Shown here piece by piece: positions 13,466 through 22,620 of a stretch of 64,000 bases of DNA; within the stretch, counting starts at the first letter, position 1, and every line of letters starts with the position of its first letter. The stretch is from Phoronis australis (Eukaryota; Animalia; Phoronida): NCBI GenBank assembly GCA_002633005.1, contig NMRA01000309.1:460125-524124 (forward strand). The letters run 5' to 3'. The translations under genes were made by a program, and so were the position numbers. The notes beneath the pieces were generated by a model. That model was given only the letters and a program-made list of their open reading frames with translations. It was not told the DNA's origin and ran no database searches.

Positions 13466-13797
13466 AAGTTATGTTGCTACAAGTACCTTTTGAGCACACA
13501 GAAACACATCTGGCAGCCATACATGTATTTCACACTTTCCAACTTAAAAAATACTCCAGCAATCAAGATTTTTCCAATGTGCCAGTTCAGTGATCAACAG
13601 ACCTCCAGTACATCCAATGTGTTTGAGGTCAAGTTATGTTGCTACAAGTACCTTTTGAGCACACAGAAACACATCTGGCGGCCATACATGTATTTCACAC
13701 TTTCCAACTTAAAAAATACTCCAGCAATCAAGATTTTTCCAATGTGCCAGTTCAGTGATAAACAGACCTCCAGTACATCCAATGTGTTTGAGGTCAA
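13466..13797. repeat. 165-bp tandem duplication (2 near-identical copies)
   Basis: aagttatgttgctacaagtacc... starts at 13466 and again at 13631, with only about 2 differences. Confidence 0.9.
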
Positions 13798-13845
13798 ATG
13801 GAGACTTATGAGAAGGTCACTTATCAGACTAACATCGAGATGAAG

Positions 13846-13997
13846 TGTTGTAGATGTGCTTCTGGTGAATTATATGAGCCTCTGTTAGCTACTCGCTAAC
13901 GGGCAATTGCCTATTAGCTGAATGGTTAGCACGTTTGCCGGTTTTATGGGGGTCGCTGGTTCGATCCCCAGGTCGGGTGATCTCGGCTATTACTACA
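13846..13997 (+). mobile_element. Solo LTR of a tRNA-promoter TRIM (Helenus-like)
   Basis: 152 bp, TGTTGTAG...TTACTACA termini; perfect 4-bp TSD GAAG (13842-13845 / 13998-14001); A box TAGCTGAATGG at 13915-13925; B box GGTTCGATCCC at 13958-13968; homologous to both LTRs at 15404-15917. Confidence 0.9.
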
Positions 13998-14462
13998 GAA
14001 GCATCACAGCTGGAGATGCGGGTGAGCACATTGCATTAAGCACTTGTGAACTGTCTCTACCCAATGACAAGAGACGTCAAGATGACTTAGACCAGACATA
14101 CGGGAACAATAAGCAGCAGTAAAACATCATTGGACTTTCTTGTTGATCCCTCCAATTGTTTTTGCAAACACTGTCTGAAACTTCAAAGAGTATGAAAAGT
14201 AACAATTCATAGTAACTCGAAAATATCTTTTGGTTGCCGAAAATCAAAGGTGCATAAATCACTTAACAAGATTAGAACTCCCTAATTCCTTCAAATGGCA
14301 ACTAAACCCTTGAACTTGCAGATAACGCGAACTACTTCCCACTAACAGGTAGATGTATCAGTATTGCAAATGGCTAAAGTAAAAAATGTTGTGTCTTTCA
14401 CAGGAATGTTCCTTTGGTTGAAACGAGTAATCACCTTCGGTTTCTGAACAAGTTCACCAGAT

Positions 14463-14816
14463 TTATTTCACAGTTGCCATTGGGTTCCTCAAAACCAGAA
14501 TAACAGAATCGCCTCGCAAAAACATTTTTGAAATGTAACGGTCTTTGTTCACAGGCTTCGATTTCTTTTTGCCCTTTCCAGTCTTTGGAACTTCGGTCCA
14601 CATTTCTTTCACGTTCTCCAAAACCATGTTACAATGCCTGTCAAAAGCTTTCACTCGACCAAGAAGCTTCTTGTTATTTCTGCAGTTTATGAGAACCTGC
14701 GTGTTGTTTTTGACAGAGTGTGTTAAAACTGACAAAGGTCCAGTATTAAATTCTTCCTGCTCCCGTTGCGCGAGCTCTTCTTGTGTCATTTCACCTTTGG
14801 GCTTCTGAAGAGCCAT
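14463..14816 (-). CDS. SNRPD2: Small nuclear ribonucleoprotein Sm D2 (117 aa), intronless CDS
   Basis: [31 protein letters not shown]...[35 protein letters not shown]...[21 protein letters not shown] is nearly identical to metazoan SmD2. The likely ATG is 14816, not the 14924 start of the ORF track. Confidence 0.97.
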   Translation of the reverse strand: MALQKPKGEMTQEELAQREQEEFNTGPLSVLTHSVKNNTQVLINCRNNKKLLGRVKAFDRHCNMVLENVKEMWTEVPKTGKGKKKSKPVNKDRYISKMFLRGDSVILVLRNPMATVK

Positions 14817-15173
14817 GATTGCTTTGATTTTTGAAGATAAAACTTGGATGGTACAATCAGAACCGGTTTCTGACAATGGCGGCAAGTATAACGCCAACGG
14901 TGCGTGATATGTCGTAAAAGTCAACTCATTTTACCTCTATAATATAACTAACGCAAAATGTATAATCAGCATTTAAGATTATTCAAATGTTACTCTTCAT
15001 GAAACGTATAATTAACAATAATAGATATCTTCAAATTTTTACTCCAGTAAATTCTTACGACACTCTATGTTTACCTATCCCTTGGCGACACTTCCGCAAT
15101 CAGCTCCGTGAAAAATGTAGCAGCTGCTAACTAGTTTTCTTTCTCTCGTCAAAACTGTTCAGTCAACTCGGTC
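14817..15173. promoter_or_regulatory. Bidirectional promoter / 5' UTR region between SNRPD2 and DUSP22
   Basis: Divergent ATGs are only 357 bp apart; YY1-like aatggcggc near 14875 and ETS-like acttccg near 15090. Confidence 0.55.
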
Positions 15174-18100
15174 ATGGGAAATGGAATGAACAAGGTGGAC
15201 TTTTCTGGGGTATTCTTACCCTCTGCATCTGCTTATGTATAATTTCTGGCAAAAGTCACATGTCTAAGTTAGTTTAGACAAGGCACTACTACTTTCCGAC
15301 CTTGACCTTGGGAAGTCTCGACTGCAGGATTGAGCTCAATATTGAATGCGACCACATGGTTTTGGTTTGATTTTGTTGCCACACGACAACAATACAACAT
15401 AACTGTAGTAATAACCAAGATTACCCAATCCGGGAATCGAACCAGCTACCCCATGAAACCAGCGAACTTGCTAACCATTCAGCTAATAGGCAATTGCCAG
15501 TTAGCGTATAGCTAACAGAGGCTCATATGATTCACCGAAGCACATCTACAATATTTCCCCCTTTCCTACAGAAGGTGAACAACAGGATGTCTCCCATACA
15601 TATCATCAACGTCCTTGCTACCTTTACCACCACAACATCGGTGAAAACAAGGTAGTCTCTCATACAGGTCCTTGACTCCTGGAACTTTCCATGCGCGCCG
15701 TCCCGAGGTCTGCGGGAACTAGTTGGCAGTGCTTCATCGGTAGATCATCCGTTTGCTAACTACGCCATTTGCAGTAATAGCCGAGATTACCCAACCCCGG
15801 AATCGAACTAGCGACCCCCATAAAACCGGCGAGTGTGCTAACCATTCAGCTAATAGGCAATTGCCCGTTACCAAGTAGCAGAGGCTCATATGATTCACCG
15901 GAAGCACATCTACAACACAACTATCGAATTTTACCTTGCCCTTGGAAGTAGACAGTGACCACCGTCTCTTTTTGAATTACAGACTGTGAGTGTGAAGCTT
16001 CTATAGGCGCCTCAAACACCAGAAACTTTTCAGGGAATTATGTCTCACACTGGTTAAAAAATCAAAGTCACGTTGTCTCTTAGTAGATGAGGTTGCGTAT
16101 TTTTAACAAGAAACCTTTCAGAAAGAATTCACAACTGCTGGAGTATTAGTTCAAATTGGAAGGCTTTAAAAACATTAACAACCAACATATGTGTGTCTAC
16201 GTATGCATGGAAGGTACTTATAAAAATATGTCTTGGATGGTTTAGCCATGCAGGTTGGCACGTAATTTTCAGGAAAAATCTTGCGTAAATGGCTCTATAG
16301 GGTGGACAACCAGCTTTGATAGCCCATTTCAGATAATGATCAGCATCTACTGGCTGACAAGGCAGTCAAGGGATTGCGGGTGCTACCCCTTTGCTGCAAA
16401 ATTGCTTCAAACTGAATAACGTCACGTGTTATTTCGCTATTGATTGCCCATAAGCGGCTCAACCCTTCTGTAATAATAGTTCTTGGAGTATGAGCAGTCA
16501 CTTAACCTGTATTCTCAGTAAATTGTCACAAATTAAATGCTTACTTAAAGACAATTTGTTGTTCGTAAACTATCAGAAAATTGCCAAAGTGGCAAGTAGG
16601 CAAGTAACAAAGTGAAATATGTGGATATTAACATCAATCTAGTTCTGTATTTTAAAACGACTGATATAAAGCTGAGCTTTTGATTTACACCATGTACTGG
16701 TATAATATTGGATACTTGTTCCTTACCCAGATGAGAAGTGATTTCTTGGTGTACAAAGTACTGACAGTTTGTTATTCCTTGAGACCATGCTCGGCCCAAA
16801 AAATGACACACTGTGACAAGCTTACTAGTTGGTGCTTATTAAGCCCTCGAACCATTTCCAGTTTGACTAAAGGACATTTGGAGACCAATTTCGTAAACTG
16901 AAAGGGTTTAAATCAAAATGTTAAGTTTTTGTGATGTAGGACAGGTTTTTATCCGCTTTAAACAGTAGACTGCAGCACTAAATTGCCCTCATGAGTACAT
17001 TTGTTACTTGGCAAAATAAATTTCGCCAAGTATGTTGCTCTGTCACTAAGTTTGTTTTTTTACTTGGCGGAATTCTTCCGCCAAGTATGTTGGTCTGACA
17101 GCAAGTTTTTTTTTTTTGTTCGCTCTCTACAGGTCGCAATTTTGGTCCGATTTTCACGAAATTTGCACACAACGTGTAGATCGGGAACTGCTAGAATGCT
17201 ATTGTTTTTGGTCATGATCGGATACAAAATGGCGGACATGGCGGCCATTTTGTATCCGATTTCACAGTCAAATACTCGTAGAGGCCGCATTTTTCGACCT
17301 ACATGGCTGAAAATCTGTACCAATATACTAGAACGCATGTGCTACAATTGTGCAGAAAATCATTGACTTCCGGTTAAAGATGGCGGAAATATTGGACGTG
17401 GGCGAGACCATCAGTTTAGATAGAATATTGAACGGGCTTTCAGAAGATGTTTTCCATTTTTCGCTAGGACGTCTACTTCTCGAGTTATTTGAGAGTTTCT
17501 GATAACGCTGTTCCTTTGTTGAGCGCTCTTGCTGCATTGACGTTGGTTTATCTTCTATTTAAGTAGACTGTAGCCTATTTCTTATTGATTTATGACATCT
17601 AAGTTCGTCATATGAATGTTGTGATGTTGTTCATCATCGCCACCACCATCATCATATTCGTCATCATCTTCGTCATCATCTCCGTCGTTGTCTTCTCCGT
17701 TAATTTCGCCAAGTGTCGCTCAAGACTGTAGCCTTTTTCTTACTGATTTCGGACTTCTACGTTCGTCATGTGTATGTTATTATTACTTCTTTTCTTCATC
17801 CTCGCCACCATCGTCGTCATATTCGTCATCTCCGTCATCATCTTTATCGTCATCTTGTTGGTTAATTTCGCCAAGTTTCGCTCCTCGGAGCGCTTTCATT
17901 TTATTTTTTTTCAGATTTTCCCTGACATTTGTTTTCTTTTTTTTCAGATTCTCCCTGGTCTTTTTATTGGTAATTTTAGAGATGCAAAAGACTTAACACA
18001 GCTGGAAGAAAACAATATAACTCATGTGCTGTCAATTCATGACAATGCAAAGCCAATTCACACAGTATGTCTTTTGTATGAATTCCATGTACCGGGGTAC

Positions 18101-21100
18101 TAGAAATTCAGGGGTGGATCCAGGATATTTTAAAACGGGTGTCGGATCAAACATTTTTAAAAAGGGGGTTCCAAGTCAATAATTTGAAAATACAAGATTT
18201 GATATAGCCAAAATCAAGGCAAAAAATGAGGGTCCGGACCCCCTTGACACCCCTAGATCTGCCTATGAAATTGTCTTAATTGGTTATTTTATGCCTGTTA
18301 ATGTTAATTTCATTGCTTAATTTTTGGAAAATTGACCAAGTTGTAAGAAAATCTGTTGCTGAATTTTATTGAATTCCGATTTTTCAATTTTTCATTTTCA
18401 TTGAAAGTTAAATATAGATATATTATGATTTTTAGAAGTATAAACTGTGCTTTTGTGTTACCAAAACGGGTCTTCCGTTTATGACAATCTGTTATTTCTT
18501 AAAGCAGTAGGTTACCATTGGTGACCAAAATTTTAAGGATTAGATGGTCCTATCCGTTCCTCAACCAGAAACACTGAATGATCCATAGCACTTGGGATCT
18601 GAATGGCACAAACCACAAATGACTTAACTTTTATGGCCAGCTTCTTTTTTGTTTTACCCATATTTCAACATGGAGTTATTCTCACATTTATGGCTTGACC
18701 CATATTTCTCAATTTGATAGTCATAAGAGAATGATCTCCACATCTACGTCTCGCCAAAGCAGATCTAAGTAAAAGATTATCAAAATGCATTATACAGACT
18801 TCTGACAAGAAATCAGTTTTGACAAGTTTATACAGCTTTTATCATTCCATTTTTGTTTAAATTTTTTAATAAAATTATATCCATCTCCTGCATCTTGTTT
18901 GACCCACACCAGTCCAAAGAAACAAAACTTTTTCACATTTGATGACCAACAATTAAGGTTTGTTGAATTCTACCATGTCATACTGTGCATTATAGCACAT
19001 TTTAATGTACCTACTGTTCTTCTCTAAACCAGTACCTTAATACAATTCTGGCCAGAATGTGGTCTGTAAATATGCAGCCCTAGCTTGCACTAAGTAGAAT
19101 TCTTATCTTATTGGTCTGAATACCCCTAAAAATTTGTGCACATTTGAATAGAGAGTGCCTTGTGCTGCGAAAAAAACTTATGAGGATCTAACATGAAATG
19201 GGAAATTGTACATTCGATCACATTTTGACAACAACTACAATGCTCTAGACAGGTTTTAAAAGCTCTTAGTTGAAAATAAACTGTGTTGGCCTCTGTTGAT
19301 TGGCACAGCTCCGTTTTCTTAATAGGTTCTTTCTTTTATGCCATCTATTTTATTACCTATCAGTTTTGTACAACTACTTTCAGCATTTGGAGTACCTCTG
19401 TTTGATTGCCAGTGACACTCCAGGGCAGGAGCTGAAGCAATTTTTTCCACAATGCGTCGATTTTATCCACACAAGTCGACTGGCTGGAGGGAATGTCTTA
19501 GTCCACTGGTAAGGAGAGTTACGGGTAGTGAATGTTTTAGTCCACTGGGGAGGGTAGTTATCTAAGTTGTGAATGTTTTAATCTACGAAAATCGAATTAG
19601 GTCTTTTACTCTCAATAAACTTTCAAGTCTTTCCTTGAGTTGATGGTTTCGATGCTCTTGTTCATCACGCAATATTTCGAGACTAATTTTACGACAGTGA
19701 AAGACCTAATTTGATTTCCGTGGTTTAGCCAGCGGAGCAGGACGGATTTCAGCTTGAATGAAACAAATTTCAGTTGGCTCGTTCAAGAGCATACTCAGAA
19801 ATGTTACCTCTGCATAGTTCTTTTTTGTGATAGGCTTGTGTTGTTACTTGCTGCACAAATGGTGTCCCATTTTGCTTGGTAGCATATAAACAATTGTTAC
19901 TAACATTGCATTTGAAAGTCTGATATTGACCTCACCATTTCAATGGTATCACATTTCAAGATCGTATTTCAAATTTGTCTTTCTTAATTCTCTCATCATT
20001 TGATTATTGAGTTTTTCCATCTTATATATCTGTTATTATAGTAAATACTTTAATATACATTGTGTCAGCTTTTTACTATTTGGGAATTCTTTCTTTGAGT
20101 GTGCAGACATTATTACTTGATCAGCAATAGAACTTGTAGCAACGATTTCAGTTATTTCACTCTTTTTATCTTTAGCTTAGCCGGAGTGTCACGTAGCGTA
20201 ACAGTTACTGTTGCCTATCTGATGACGCATACCTCCTTTGGTTGGCGGGATGCACTGAATGCTATCAGAGGTTCTCGACAATGCGCTAATCCAAACTTTG
20301 GATTCCAAAAGCAGCTGATGGAATATGAATGTAATGAACTGGACAAGGTAAATAATGTGCTACTATCTAGTGGCTAGAAGTACACTACAGTGTATGTGGA
20401 AATGTGAAGCATACAATCTACATTTCAAGTGGGGCAAATGTTCTCATTTTTGTCAATTATGAAATACGTTGTATCATTTCAATGCCTTTTGTATTTTCTG
20501 TTCATAGAATTTTGGTTGTATCCTCAGGGATAGTACATAGACATAGTCTTATCAGTTGCTGCAGTGCCAGTTGTGCATGCAAACTGTGTTAAATACACAT
20601 TGGGGCAAATCAGTAATGGACTGGTGAAGGGGTCATGCAACTGTTCATACTCAATCTTGCAGGTAAAATTGTAACTTTTGTACAACCAACACACGTCTCA
20701 GATGGTCATGTTTTTGAACCGTCTGAGTTTACTTACGATTGTAGGCAAGGAAGCAATTCGACAAGAAATATCCCAACAACCATTTACGTGAAAACGACCT
20801 GAAGGAACTAAAGAAGCTGAGGGATCAACACTGGAAATGGGTTCTTAATGGGGACGAGGTTGATAACACCTATCAGTTGGAGGCAAATGCATACAAGACA
20901 GTGAGGGAAGACACAGCTAATAGGACCAAGTCAGCAAATGATAAGCCAAATTCTATGAAACATATGTTAGACGTCCAGAATTCTGTCGTTGAAAGTTCGT
21001 CTACACCTTTGCCTTTCGATCTCACAACCAAGACTGTGTCAAAGAGTGAGAAGGCATCAGTTGGGAATGTTGCAATGAACTGTGACAGAGGGCCTACTGC

Positions 21101-21173
21101 TAACAAGGTTGAACAAGTGGCCAAAAAGCGAGGTTCATGCTCAGTCGAGGATTTATTGGGTAGCAAGGAATGA
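15174..21173 (+). CDS. DUSP22: Atypical dual-specificity phosphatase, DUSP22/DUSP15 orthologue (~287 aa, 5 exons)
   Basis: Exons 15174-15194 (MGNGMNK, N-myristoylation motif), 17948-18064 (ILPGLFIGNFRDAKD), 19384-19508, 20176-20347 and 20745-21173. All introns GT-AG with consistent phases; catalytic HCLAGVSRS spans exons 3/4; also AYLM and NPNFGFQKQL motifs. Confidence 0.93.
15404..15917 (-). mobile_element. Complete TRIM (miniature LTR retrotransposon) with tRNA-derived Pol III promoter in its LTRs
   Basis: On the - strand: 5' LTR 15917-15770 (TG...CA); 2 nt later PBS TGGCGTAGTTAGCA (15767-15754); 216-bp non-coding interior; PPT GGAAAGGGGGAAA (15566-15554); 3' LTR 15553-15404. Flanks taac/caac (4-bp TSD, 3/4 match). 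A and B boxes in each LTR. Confidence 0.9.
17001..17532 (-). mobile_element. Degenerate Helentron-type non-autonomous element (second family) in DUSP22 intron 1
   Basis: On the - strand it begins (g)caagagcgct and ends in a duplicated hairpin tacttggcggaattcttccgccaagta; contains motifs such as tgcaaatttcgtgaaaatcgg that resemble the main HINE family. Confidence 0.5.
17563..17880. repeat. Two ~160-bp diverged tandem units with (TCA/TCG)n low-complexity tracts
   Basis: agactgtagcct.tttctta.tgattt recurs near 17565 and 17723, each followed by tcgtcatca runs and ttaatttcgccaagt. Confidence 0.6.
18109..18267. mobile_element. MITE related to family A by its termini
   Basis: caggggtggatccagg ... 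cctagatctgcctatg with a perfect 5-bp TSD AAATT. Confidence 0.65.
19582..19723. repeat. Inverted repeat (probable MITE remnant)
   Basis: ctacgaaaatcgaattaggtcttttact pairs with agtgaaagacctaatttgatttccgtgg. Confidence 0.55.
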
Positions 21174-22231
21174 TGAGGTTTTTCAGCTTTCTTGGCACTT
21201 CATTTAACATTTTCCCAGTTTAGGTAATATGTGATCACACTGAGCAGAAACACTGATGAGTGCTACAACACTAACATGTTGAATAATTGCACCAATCAAC
21301 AAGTTATAAATGTCTGTGAGTATAGCACTCTCATGGTGCAGTTTTACCAACAGGAACTTTAAATCAAAACTATTAAATAACCTGGAGTTCATTCAGGATA
21401 CAAATAAAGACTATTGTTCGTAAAGTAACATTTTAATTGAAGCAATTTATGCCTTGAGTACTCCATATCAATGTATGCACAATGCACCATAACAACTGAT
21501 TACCATCATTTAAATATGTCAACACCCATCACAATGTATAATTCCCAGAATGAGTCAACTTGTTGAAACCCTTTGCCGCAATGAATGTCGTAAATCAAGT
21601 AAATACATCATTGAATTACATACCAACTGAACTGATTAGTACTTGTTATCTCAATGATACAAACAATTGAATGAATTCTGGCTATAACTTGTGTTCAACA
21701 AATGAAGGTACACAACTCCTCGAACAGTAACTATAAACATACATTGTAATAGCTATAAGCTGTATACAAACTTGTGTACCTATCACAGAAAAAAACTAAA
21801 CGGATGACAACAGGGGACTTCGCTTCTTTTAACATCCACCATATACTGTACATGACGCTTGAATTGTAATTAAGTTATACTAGTAGAAGTGCCACAGTAT
21901 GAATGTTGCATAAAATATTACCAAACCAGTTGATCGTAATCAAATAACGAGCAATACAAACGGAGGACCCCAAATGCAGTCAAAAATACTGTGCAATATC
22001 TGCTGGGTAACAACAAGTCCCCTTATACCAAGACTGTTGATGGAGCTTTTAAGTAAAACGGCACCTCTAAAACAATGAAATTATAATTTCCTTTCATGTT
22101 TTGTCATATTCTCATGAGAACATACGATACGTTTATCACAAGTCTAATAACATGAATGATGTTGAAAGAGACTGCCTCCATGAAACAATTGAATATTAAC
22201 ACCAGCAAACTAGGACGTGGGTCTCCAATTC

Positions 22232-22583
22232 TCAGTTGTTGACCATCTGCTGATTCTCGGGAAATAACGAGGTTAAGAAAGTCCAGAAGAACGTCATGAG
22301 GATTTTTACTACTCCCGGCCGCGGTGGTATTTCAGGGACACTGTTCTCTCTACTGTTTTCGTCGTCCTCTGATGACTGTCCATCCACTTCTTCAGTCTGT
22401 AAAGTATATAACAAGTTGTCATACAACGGTCAATAAACAGTTTTCATCATGTTTTTTGTTTAACCACCAAACCTTATGACATCTACATTGGGTAAATCTA
22501 CTAAAAAATTGTATACTAAATGTATGCTGTAAATTGAAGAGACAACTCTCAGAAGCTAACAATTTTATACAAGTGCTGCTACC

Positions 22584-22620
<37 letters not shown>

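Noticed and set aside
13490-13843. 117-aa ORF with an internal repeat
   Set aside because: A by-product of the 165-bp tandem duplication, with a non-ATG start.
13905-13985. Functional tRNA gene or ordinary tRNA-SINE
   Set aside because: No acceptor stem, broken anticodon stem and no tail; it sits inside a TG...CA LTR with a 4-bp TSD.
14817-14924. N-terminal extension of Sm D2 in the ORF track
   Set aside because: It begins at a non-ATG codon; homology starts at ATG 14816.
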